In this document: positions 34,155 through 46,602 of the stretch, piece by piece
How the letters are laid out: each line of letters begins with the position of its first letter
How positions within the stretch are numbered: the stretch's first letter is position 1
From: Octopus bimaculoides
Taxonomy: Eukaryota
Direction: 5' to 3'
Assembly (NCBI RefSeq): GCF_001194135.2
Contig: NC_069007.1
Span: 20,988,270 to 21,037,483 of the forward strand
Length of the DNA stretch: 49,214 nucleotides
The notes under the pieces: model-generated
Databases searched by the model: none
What the model was told of the DNA's origin: nothing
What the model saw: only the letters and a program-made list of their open reading frames with translations
Position numbers and translations under genes: made by a program

Positions 34155-34322
34155 ATACGGAGGCTTCTTTCAGTTTCCGTCTGCCAAACATACTCACAAG
34201 CCTTTGGTTAGTCCAAGGTTATAGTAGAAGACACTCGCCCAAGTTGCCATGCAGTGGGACTGAACCCAGAACCATGTGGTTGGGAAGCAAGCTTCTTACC
34301 ACACAACCACACCTGTGCCTCG
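34155..34322 (-). mobile_element. SINE family B head region
   Basis: Same as 31262-31430. Confidence 0.75.
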
Positions 34323-34959
34323 TGTTTGCCAAAACTTGATGCCATATTTAGAACCAGCCCATACCCTCACCCCAAATTAATCTAAAACTGCCATAACCTT
34401 GAAGAAATGGCATTTATAAATTGCTCTTTAACCCAAAGTTTCTTTATCGGTTTATTGATTTGTGTATTCACAGAACTTACATTTGCTCTCAATATTCTTG
34501 TCTCTTCCAAAATTCCTCATCAGATCATGTTGACATTTCAATCTACATATACTAATATGTACAAAAGAATTGGCATTCCAGTTACAATGATAAGGGTTCC
34601 AGTTGATCCACTCAATAGAACAGCCTGTTTGTGAAGTTTGATCTGCAACTGGCTGAGTACTGCATAGACGTGCATACCCATAACATATCAGGTGATCCGG
34701 AAAGTTCTTAACGTTTTTTAAGTGCAATGAAGGATAAAAAATTTTGAATATACTCTCGGCTTTATTCATTAAAGTAATTAAAGTAAAGTAATTCATAAAG
34801 TAATTGTTTTCTATGACCTTAGATCACCTAGCAAGCAATTTCGATATTGCCACGGCATAAAACTCAGTTACTTTTGAGGAAAATAAGTAACCTAAGTGGG
34901 TTTTCACACCATCTAAACCATTAAATGATTTTTCTTTTCCAGAGAATTCTGCTGGGACA

Positions 34960-35230
34960 AATTCCCCTCTCAGGTTCACACATTTATTGCAGCGGCCCTT
35001 CAGTTTATCTAAGCCCTGTAAAAGAACTCAGAAGGTTGGGCCTTCAACTAAGCCTTTTGCAATGCCATTAAAACAAGGAACTTTACAACATAGCCCCATA
35101 CACACACACATGAGGAGATGCTGAAAAGTTCCTGGTATATTCCCCTCTCATTGGTCCCCTTGCAGTGGTCCTTCAGTTTTTCTAAGCCCTGTAAAAGAAC
35201 TCAGAATGTTGGGCCTCCAGCCAGGTCTTC
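34960..35230 (-). mobile_element. Two mariner-type transposase 3'-end relics
   Basis: Minus translation LQGLDKLKGRCNKCVNLRGEFV resembles the mariner C-terminus; TIR-like GATGCTGAAAAGTTCCTGG at 35118. Confidence 0.6.
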
Positions 35231-36101
35231 CGTGACTGTATGCATGTGTGTGTGTGTGCATGTGAGTGTATGTGAGCGTATGTGTGTGCATAAGTGTATA
35301 TGCGTGTGTGTGTGTGTATATGAATGTGTGTATGTGCATGTGTCAGTGTATGAGTGTGTGTATGGGCATGTGTGTATGCATGTATATGTTTGTGATTGTG
35401 TCTGTGAGAGTGTGGTGCGTTGTGTGCATGTATGTGTGTATATCTGTATGTTTGTGTATGTGTGCATGCATGCTTGTGTCTGTGTGCATATGTGTGATTG
35501 TGAGTCAGTGTGTGTGACTCTGTGTGTGTGTGTGCATGTGTCTGTGTGTGTGTATGTGCATATGTGTATGCCTGCATGTATACCAGATTTCCTCTCTGTT
35601 TCTCTCTTTTCCTATTTCCCTTTCTTCTCTTTAATCGACCCTCCAGGGTGGAGGTGGGTCTCCACCCCTCCCCTTCCATCTCATCTCCTTTCTCTATCTA
35701 ATGTTTCTGTCATCCCTCCCTCCTACCACCTCTCTCCCCTCTCTGTATCCCACCTGCTTCAATCATAAAAAGTATCACTTCTCATTGCATTTTCTTTGTC
35801 ACCTAATTTATTATTCATCATGAATTTCGTCAACTAAATATTTATTAATACTCACATTTGCACAAAGCTAAGACCATTACTATCATATGCAAACCTTAAT
35901 TTATCAACACAATTTAGCTTTTCTTCTCCAAATATTTTTTGTGTCTTTGTTTAGCATTAAATATAATACCAGCAGACAAGAAGCCATTTTGTTGTACACT
36001 GTACACACAGACATACACATATGTGTGTGTGTGTATATATATATATATATACACACATACGTACATACATACATACATATAGAGACCCCACATTATATAC
36101 G

Positions 36102-36142
<41 letters not shown>

Positions 36143-37560
36143 GTTTATATATATATCCTCCATTCCGCTTTGTTACGAGAGTGACCTCCCTTGATCTCTC
36201 TCCCTCTCTCTCATTTATTTATTTTTTTTCTTTTCGTCTTATCTGGACTAAAATTGTTTTTCCTTTATCATATAGCATTTATGTTTTCCGAATGGTCATT
36301 ATCCTTTCTTTCTTTTTTTTTTTACCATATAAACATACGCACTATATATTCGTTCTTCATTCGTTTATCACTGTTCTTATTCTAACTCATGTCCGTTGTC
36401 TGGAAATCTTTCGTCACACATCTGCGATCTCTTCAGCGACACTTTTCGTTTTCGTGTGTTCTCTCGCTCCACTTACTCCTTTCTGCTCTTCTATACTTAT
36501 ATGATGGCTGTCTACTCGTGACCAAGGAAAACCATTGCTCATGCGAAATGCTAGCAATGCCGATGCATGATGTTGTTGCACCAGCAGTCGGCCTCACCCG
36601 GGTTTGCATCCGCGGCTTTTGTGTTCGTAGCGGTGCCCTCGTACTTGATGAGGCATCAGATAGTTGCTGCACCAGCGATAATACAACTCGAAATTTTAGG
36701 TCCAATAGGGCTTACACAGCACTTACAGACCTTCTCCACCCTATTGACTAGATCCAGAAATAAGCCAGAGCAAGATATCAAGTGCCAATAGGGGTCACAA
36801 GCCGTGGAGTGTGGAAACCCCATGATTTCAAGCGCAAGCAAAAAATCCTCAAAATTTTCAATGTCATTTCCTATAAACCGTTCTTTTTTTTTATTTATTA
36901 GTGACCTTCTCCTTGGGAAATACTTTAGCAAACGCTAAAGAGGGGCTAACTCCCAGTGGTCTTTCAGCTCGCCGAAAACCAATCCGGAATTTCTGAGATC
37001 CGGCGCTATTGCTAGATAGTCGTTCATCCGTCCTTTTGGTAGGTCTTGTTTTTAGTCTTGCCGGGTTTCCGGCAACTCTCCTTAATACGCAAGCCTAGTG
37101 GGGCGGTCATGGTCCAGTCGCCGACCACCCGACCATTCAACAGGTTGTACTAGTTTCCATGTTACCTGGAGCACTCATGAGAAACCTCACCTCACAAGTG
37201 ACCCTCACACACACACATGCACACATATTTTCAATCCCACCTCATTATCCTACATTTTTCTATAACTTCTCCCAGATCTATTGTAAATCCTGTTATTGTT
37301 AACGATCGTTGTACTTCATGGTACTTTGGAGTATTTCTTTGAAACTTTGCGGCCTCAAGTAGAAAAGGCCATCAATGTTGCTGTTACTGCTACAGAACGT
37401 GATTTAGTTGCTGCTGCTGCTGCTGTTTGTAGTGCTGCTGCTGTCTTTTCCAGTTATACTTAAAAACCGTCAGTCAACTCAACATTGCATTTGGTTGTAG
37501 ATACACTCGCATATAACACCATATTTATATATACGACCAGATATTTCCATATACAACACC

Positions 37561-37650
37561 ATGGTTCTTAACGTTGACTACAACTACCTGGGTTCCAGTG
37601 GTATGAAAGTTTCCAATATATGCCTTGGCGCCCTGACTTTCGGCACTACT
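37561..37650 (+). CDS. AKR exon 1
   Basis: caccATGG to ACT|gtaagt; 90 nt. Confidence 0.9.
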
Positions 37651-38028
37651 GTAAGTAAATCCCATTTTTACCCCTGTATTCATTGAAGAAGTCTCGTCCT
37701 AACATATTCTAAGAATCCCTAATAATGATTATAGTAACTTATCGAACTTGGTAAGAAAGCCAATAATTTTAAAATTTATGATTTTATGATTAAAAAAAAA
37801 AAGAACAAAGTTTTAGAGAAGCAAGGTTCGGTGGGCGGCTTTGTCTTCTCCCATCTACATCATCATCTACACTATTCATCTCATCTCATTAATGGATATA
37901 TAATACTGTACTCTTTAGTAAATTACACACACACACACGTGTATCACATGCGCACACAATCACAAAGACACATACACAGAATGTTCAGGATAAATTTGAC
38001 GATCTGTTATATCTCGCTTTTAATCAGA

Positions 38029-38062
<34 letters not shown>

Positions 38063-41000
38063 AAATGAATAAGAGAATGGAGATATTGAAATTAATAAGA
38101 GTTTATTATCAGCAAAAAATTGGGTAAGATATAGTATGCAAATATAATTAGGGTAATGAAGAGTAGATAAATAGAGATTGATTAAATTACAATATGAATG
38201 AGGTGAGGAATTAAATTACATTTGTAGGTTATATATAAAATTGAGAAAAACTTATCTANNNNNNNNNNNNNNNNNNNNNNNNNNNNNNNNNNNNNNNNNN
38301 NNNNNNNNNNNNNNNNNNNNNNNNNNNNNNNNNNNNNNNNNNNNNNNNNNNNNNNNNNNNNNNNNNNNNNNNNNNNNNNNNNNNNNNNNNNNNNNNNNNN
38401 NNNNNNNNNNNNNNNNNNNNNNNNNNNNNNNNNNNNNNNNNNNNNNNNNNNNNNNNNNNNNNNNNNNNNNNNNNNNNNNNNNNNNNNNNNNNNNNNNNNN
38501 NNNNNNNNNNNNNNNNNNNNNNNNNNNNNNNNNNNNNNNNNNNNNNNNNNNNNNNNNNNNNNNNNNNNNNNNNNNNNNNNNNNNNNNNNNNNNNNNNNNN
38601 NNNNNNNNNNNNNNNNNNNNNNNNNNNNNNNNNNNNNNNNNNNNNNNNNNNNNNNNNNNNNNNNNNNNNNNNNNNNNNNNNNNNNNNNNNNNNNNNNNNN
38701 NNNNNNNNNNNNNNNNNNNNNNNNNNNNNNNNNNNNNNNNNNNNNNNNNNNNNNNNNNNNNNNNNNNNNNNNNNNNNNNNNNNNNNNNNNNNNNNNNNNN
38801 NNNNNNNNNNNNNNNNNNNNNNNNNNNNNNNNNNNNNNNNNNNNNNNNNNNNNNNNNNNNNNNNNNNNNNNNNNNNNNNNNNNNNNNNNNTAAGAGCACC
38901 ATCCGAGCGTGATCGTTGCCAGGGCCGCTGACTGCCCCCCCCCCGTGCTGGTGGCACATAAAAAGCACCATTTGAGTGTGATCGTTACCAGCGTCGCTTT
39001 ACTGGCACTTGTGCCGGTGGTACGTGGAAGACAACATTCAAGCGAGGGCATTGCCAGTGCCGCTGGACTGGCTCCTGTGCAGATGACACGTAAAAACACC
39101 ATTTGAGCATGGCCATTGCCAGTACCACCTAACTGGCCCTCGTGCCGGTAACACATAAAAGTATCCACTACACTCTTGGAGTGGTTGGCGTTAGGAAGGG
39201 CATCCAGCTGTAGAAACTCTGCCAGATCTTAGAAATATGATGAAGTACCATAAACTACGATGAACATCAATGATAACAGGATTTAGAAAAGGGGTGGGAG
39301 AAGATTATAGAAAAATGCTGGATAGTGAGAGGAGTAAGCACATACATACATACCACCCCTGAGACACTTCAGAAAAAAGAAAAACCGTTGGAAAACAGTT
39401 TATAGCAGAGACTCCAGCAAATAAGATCTGAAGAAGGAATTCTAATTCCGAAATATCATCGGACTACAGTTTACCAAGTTACAACAGTTATACAGTCCAT
39501 TTTTTGTTCTATAGTGCATTGTTATACCTTCCTAAACTTTTTATTCTTTACAAACAAGAAGACCCGGCAAGCCAAGTGAGATCGTTGCCAGTGCCCCTGG
39601 ACTNNNNNNNNNNNNNNNNNNNNNNNNNNNNNNNNNNNNNNNNNNNNNNNNNNNNNNNNNNNNNNNNNNNNNNNNNNNNNNNNNNNNNNNNNNNNNNNNN
39701 NNNNNNNNNNNNNNNNNNNNNNNNNNNNNNNNNNNNNNNNNNNNNNNNNNNNNNNNNNNNNNNNNNNNNNNNNNNNNNNNNNNNNNNNNNNNNNNNNNNN
39801 NNNNNNNNNNNNNNNNNNNNNNNNNNNNNNNNNNNNNNNNNNNNNNNNNNNNNNNNNNNNNNNNNNNNNNNNNNNNNNNNNNNNNNNNNNNNNNNNNNNN
39901 NNNNNNNNNNNNNNNNNNNNNNNNNNNNNNNNNNNNNNNNNNNNNNNNNNNNNNNNNNNNNNNNNNNNNNNNNNNNNNNNNNNNNNNNNNNNNNNNNNNN
40001 NNNNNNNNNNNNNNNNNNNNNNNNNNNNNNNNNNNNNNNNNNNNGCAATGTGTGTTTTTGTATCAATTACAAGGAGGATATATTACGAGAGATACAAGGC
40101 TTGTTTGCTATCAGCCTGAACATGTTTTTAGATATGAAACATAAGGAGCATATTTAAAAGATATTCAAGATCTGTATTAAGAGCCTGAACTTATTTCCAT
40201 ATATGTACATGTGTGTGTGTGTGTATGTGTGTGTGTGTGTATGTGTGTGTGTGTGTGTGTGTATAATACATACACACTCACATGCCTGGTGAACTGGTAG
40301 GATTGTTGGTATGCCAGGTGAAATAGTTAGTAGTATTTCACCTGTCCTTACATTCTGCATTAAAATTTCACCAAGGCCAACTTTGCCTTTGTAGGGGTTG
40401 ATAAAAAATGTAGAAGTTTTGGGGTTGATAAAATAAGTACCAGTTGTGGGTGTTCTTCTCTAGCACAGAGAAGACCCAAATGGGTCTTCTTCTCCAGCAC
40501 AGCATATTACCAAATATTTTAGTCATTTGTCATTGCCTCTGAGACCCAATGCTCAAAAGGTGCTTTATACGGTCCACTGGCACGGGTGGTAGTTGCATGA
40601 CACCAGCACTGACCACACTGCCTCCATGAGGTGCCCTTTGTGTGCCTCTGACATGGGTGCCAGTTATGTGACACCATGGAGTCTGATTAAAAAATAAGGG
40701 GACTGATGTTATATAGAAAGAAAACTGCAACACATTAGTTAATTTTAAGATCTAATTTTGCTAAAATGTATTATTTTTGTTGATAGGATGGAATTAAATT
40801 GCATCGACCAGGTCAGTTGGACCCCACAGGTGCATATCAACTGCTTGACCGTTTTGCTGAATGTGGTGGCAACTTCATTGACACAGCAGATGTTTACACA
40901 GCCCGTCAGTCAGAGACAATTGTTGGTAATTGGCTCAGCAGGTAAGAATCATCATCATCAACATCATCATCATCATCATCAACGTCTGTTGTCCATGCTG

Positions 41001-41658
41001 GCATGAGTTGGACAGTCTGATCAGAGCTGGCAAGCCGAGGGGCTGCACCAGACTCCCGTCCGATTTGGATGCCCTTCCTAACGCCAATATGATATTTAAA
41101 CCCTTTAGCATTCAGATTACTTTGACAAATGCAAAACTTATTTATTCACCTTTGTTTTGGATTAATCAAATAATCAAACCAATAAAACATTTGATCTTGA
41201 AGCTACAAGATATTAATGATGTGAATGTTTTATTTTTAGAATGACATTATAGGGTAGGCGTGAGAAGCCAGATCTGTCTGGTCTGAATGTAAAACATGTA
41301 GAACATCTAGGCCTGATATGGCTGGTTTAAATGTTAAAGGGTTAAAGTGAATTCTACATAATATATTTTAGGTTCTTGTGGAAGCTGCGTTGCTTCTGAA
41401 TGACGTTGTTGCATGCATGCAACATTGTTGCCTGTGACAAGCTGGGCTTTGGATGTGATGTTGCATATGTAATGTAGGGGTCGCATTTGTTGGCTTGACA
41501 CCCTGTTTTTTTAATTTAGACAAATTAGGTTATATTACATTATTTACATTTGATGGATATTTGTCCTCACCATATTTTGGCTAATATACCCTCCAGCCTT
41601 CATCAGGTGTCTTGGGGAAATTTCGAACCTGGTTTCTCATTCCTAAGGTATTTTTCAA

Positions 41659-41699
<41 letters not shown>

Positions 41700-42883
41700 T
41701 CACTGCCTGGAATCAAACTCGGAATCTTGGGGTTAGTAGCTCGCGCTCTGAACCACAACGCCATCCGTGTGTTATGTAATTAATATTTGAACTCAAAACT
41801 GTTAATGGATATGTAATTATTCATTTTATTGAGGTTAAGTATCACAATAAAGAAAGTTATGTGAAATATCTGACCTTAATATAATTTATCTTCTGATCTT
41901 TAAGTGACTATGAAATTACCTGTGAACCTCATGTGATGTGTTGAGATAAAGCTGTTAATTCATACCAATGAGACATTTATATACTTCCACTGGGAATACA
42001 GAAGTAATATAACTTATTAGCTGATCGTTAAGTGATTATGATATTATGTATGAGCTTCATGTGACACGGTGAGACAACATTGGTTAAATCAAACCAATAA
42101 AACATTTATACAGGGTCTTGCAGATAAATTGAGACAATTTATCTGTAAGACCCTCTATATAAATCTAATTTGACTGGAGGAGATGGTAGGTGCTGTCTGG
42201 TGTAACTAGTAATGTTGTCTCATTTGGAAAACAGTAGCTACAAGGTTCAATTCCTCTGAAAGATCTTGCTTATCTCCTGTCCTTTCATGATATGCTGTTT
42301 TATGAACAAAAGCCCCTTTTTTTTAATCCCAAGTGTCACCTATCATGTGAGTCAGTCTGAGGTAGAACATTTCACTGTCATGAGGTGAAAGTGGACAATG
42401 TCCTCCAGATGTTTTAAGTAGTTTCCTTCATCCTGTCCAACCATGGCAAATTATCTCAATTTGAATCACTTTTTGCCTCCAGTACTTTTTTGGGGGGGGG
42501 GGAGTTTTGGTTGTTTAAAGATTCATGGAAGGACATAGCNNNNNNNNNNTGTGTGTGTGTATGCATGCGTATGTGTGATTCTGCATGTATGTGTGTGTGT
42601 GCATGCATATGTGTGTGTGACTGAGCATGTGTGTGTGTGTGTGTGTGTGCGTGTGTACACCTATGTATGTATGTATGTGTGTCTGGGTGTGCTTATGTAT
42701 GTGCATGCATATATGTCGTTGTGTGTGCATATGTATGTATGTGTGTGAGTGTGTTTGTGTGTGCATATGTATGTGCATGGGTATGTGTGGGTGTGTGTGC
42801 ATGCATTTGTATGTGTATGTGTACCTGTGTGTACCTCTGTACTTGTGTGTGCATATGTATTCATATGTGTGTGTGCATCTACA

Positions 42884-42932
<49 letters not shown>

Positions 42933-43150
42933 ATATGTATTTATATGTATTTATGTCTTTAATTTTTCTTAGCAAAGAGAGGAGCAGGTATGTTATTGCC
43001 ACTAAAGTCCGGTTCAACAATAACCTCAAAGATCCGACCGACGTCAATGCTGTTGGGCTCAGTCGTAAACACATTGTAGCTGGCTTAGAGAAGAGTCTTG
43101 AGTGTTTGCAGACAAATTATGTGGACCTTTATCAGGTAAGTTCACATGCT

Positions 43151-43201
<51 letters not shown>

Positions 43202-44365
43202 TCAAATCTTGTTAGGGAGGAGTTAGAATAGCATAGAAAGGATAAAGCATCTGTAGTATTTACTAAGTCCAGTTAGATCTGATCTTAGCTGGTCAGTGAT
43301 AAAACATGTTCCAAACAAGACCACCTACAAGGTGTCTGTTTCCTCATCCATTCGTCTGTCAGCCCCTGGCATGGGGCCTAACACTATATTTCATCTCTAA
43401 AGACTCTTATTCCACCTCCAAAGACCCATGTTCCCTCTATAAAGACTCCTATTCCGTCTCCAAAGACCCACGTTCCACATCCAAAGACTCCTATTACCTC
43501 TCCAAAGACTCAAGTTCTGTCTCCAAAGACTCATACTTTGTCCCCAAAGCCTCACATTCCATCTTCAGAGATGAGATCAACACCTAAAAAGCCATTCCAG
43601 TTCTTACTACTTCTCTATTTTTTCCTTTCGTAATCAGGCTCACTGTTGGGACAGTGGTACACCAATCAAAGAAACCCTTTTGACTTTCAATGATTTACAA
43701 AGAGCTGGCAAGATCCATCACATTGGTGTAAGTAATTTCTGCGGCTGGCAGTTACAGAAAACAGTTGACCTGGCTAACCACATCGGTATGTCGTCAATCC
43801 TGACTCTGCAGGTAAGTTGAAGCAATATTTTAGAGGTGGTTTTTTTACCTAATTTTGTTTTATTTTTGTTCTTTTATTTCATTCAAAATGGTTATACATC
43901 ACATAGCTATTGCAGCAGATTCATACATCAATGTGTGTGTGTACATATGTGTTTGTCACCCACAACTGGTGTTGGTTTGTTTACATCCCCATAACTCTGC
44001 AGTTTGACCTGAGAAATTTATAGAATATGTACCAAATTTTAAAAAAAATACATACATACATACATACTGGGGACAGATTTATTTGACTAAGGCCCTTCAT
44101 GTCAGTGCCCCAGCAAGGCCACATACCAGTAACTGAAACAAGTAAAAGATAAAAGAAAAGAAAGAAGAAATTAATATAAATATAAATAAATATATATGTG
44201 TGTGTGTGTGTGTGTATAGGCGTGGCTGTGTGGTAAGAAACTTGCTTCCCAACTACATGGTTCCGGGTTTGGTCCTACTGTGTGACACCTTGGGTAAGTG
44301 TCTTCTACTATAGCCTCAGGCTGACCAAAGCCTTATTTGGTAGACAGAAACTGAAAGAAGCTTGT

Positions 44366-44406
<41 letters not shown>

Positions 44407-45092
44407 TCATCATCTTCGTTTAACATCTATCTTCCGTGCATGCATGCAGCCAAGTAGAAAAACTATCCTAGGCTACTGTGTCTGTATGTATAATGCTTAT
44501 TTTTGTTTCCATAGCAACAATACAGTCTCATGGAGAGAAATGCTGAGTTTGAAGACTTCCAAGTGTGCCAAAATGAAGGAGTATCCATTTTACCATGGAG
44601 TCCACTGAAAGGGTAAGCAACATCCTCCTACTTCTCTAAAATAATTCCTAATTCTTTGAATATTTGTCATTGTTCTCGTTACTATGACAACATTAGGGGA
44701 AGACATTATGTGGTTGTTTGACATACTAGAAATAGCAGTCATCTTCGTCAAACATATGTTTAAAGAACAAAAAAAAAAGGTATGGTCATATCTAGAGTGC
44801 TTTTGATTATCTTTTTCAGTCAGACCTGACCTAAAGACTGACCTGAGACTGACCAACAATACCAAGACTGCCATAGCTCTGTTTGACCATAACTGACCTA
44901 GGCCTGCACATCTTTATTTTCATCACCATCAATTATAACTGTCCAAGGGACATTCTCCACCTCTGATATCACAATTCATTGCAACTCTGTTTGACCATAA
45001 CTGACCGAGGCCCGCACACCTTCGTTATCGCCACCCTCAGTCTGTCTTACACAAGCATGGGAAAGTGGAAGTTAATGATGTTGATGATGATA

Positions 45093-45124
<32 letters not shown>

Positions 45125-46567
45125 GTGGGTGTGCCTGCGCTTTGCGTGTGTTTGTTTGTGCTTTCATCGAAGAAGCTAATTTACCTTTTTTTGCCAGTGG
45201 TTTCCTTTCTGGTAAATTCAAAAGAACTGAAGCCCCTTCAACGGAAACAAGGATTGGGTATGCAGCTTTGGACGAGGAAAACCGGAGTCTTGAAATTCAG
45301 CCTGGATGGTCGGCATTACAATCAAGAGATGACGTTTGGCTTCTTCTTGATGCTATGACAAAAATTGCACAAAATCACAGTAAGTTCAGCGGTTTTATCT
45401 TTTCTATCAGTCTGCCTTTACCCCACTACTACCAACACCCCCACCATCATTTTTATTATTCTTTTTACTCAGTAGAAGAAGGGCAGTGTGTGGCCCTTTT
45501 TCATGCCCTTCCAGACCAGTGGGTCAAATACCTGACCCAAAATCTTTCCAAAACAATAGACACTGCAAAAGACATCCAAGAACTTTGAGGTGGTTTGAAC
45601 CATTTTCAAACCAGCCCACCCGAGACTGTCCCTTGGTTTTATGATACAACTCTTCTGCTTTAAAGTGATATATATACACATACATACATACATGGTGGTT
45701 GTCTACTCCTTACACAGAGTTTGACCACCTCCTGTACCTACACTTTAGCCCTTTCATGGCGTCTGATGTGGCTTTTTAAATCAGACAATGTTTTGAGAAA
45801 AAAACACCCACACAGATTGCACTTCTGATTTGAACTACCAATACCTGCAGGTAAGTTCTGCTCATTGTGGATCCTAACATGTCTTTTAAGAACTCCTGAA
45901 CATACATACATACATACATATATTCTTAACAAAAATAGCATTGACAATAACTTTGAAGTTTTTGGCCTGTTAAGCCATCATCAGACAGTCGATGATGGTT
46001 TAGCTGTCTGAAACTTTGAAGTCACTGTCAACTCTATTCTTTTTAAAAATTGATAAAAACCTATTCCACAAAATGTATTGAATAATCCTTCAATTTAATG
46101 TAAAATTGTTNNNNNNNNNNNNNNNNNNNNNNNNNNNNNNNNNNNNNNNNNNNNNNNNNNNNNNNNNNNNNNNNNNNNNNNNNNNNNNNNNNNNNNNNNN
46201 NNNNNNNNNNNNNNNNNNNNNNNNNNNNNNNNNNNNNNNNNNNNNNNNNNNNNNNNNNNNNNNNNNNNNNNNNNNNNNNNNNNNNNNNNNNNNNNNNNNN
46301 NNNNNNNNNNNNNNNNNNNNNNNNNNNNNNNNNNNNNNNNNNNNNNNNNNNNNNNNNNNNNNNNNNNNNNNNNNNNNNNNNNNNNNNNNNNNNNNNNNNN
46401 NNNNNNNNNNNNNNNGGCTTCAACTGGCTGGGAACTGACTTGTGAAGAGGTATGGCTTTCTTAAAACTTCTTTTTATTCTTATCTTGTTTTGTTAATGTC
46501 TGTCTTTTGATGCTAGGATCAGTTGGACTCATTCAAACATACACAAACCCATACACACACACACACA

Positions 46568-46602
<35 letters not shown>

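Noticed and set aside
36171-37200. LTR-like segment starting TGTTACG, with short ORFs on both strands
   Set aside because: No matching end, TSD or protein motif; probably an unclassified repeat.
38239-40044. Long ORFs spanning N runs (also 1094-1507 and 46061-46438)
   Set aside because: Artefacts of translating assembly gaps.
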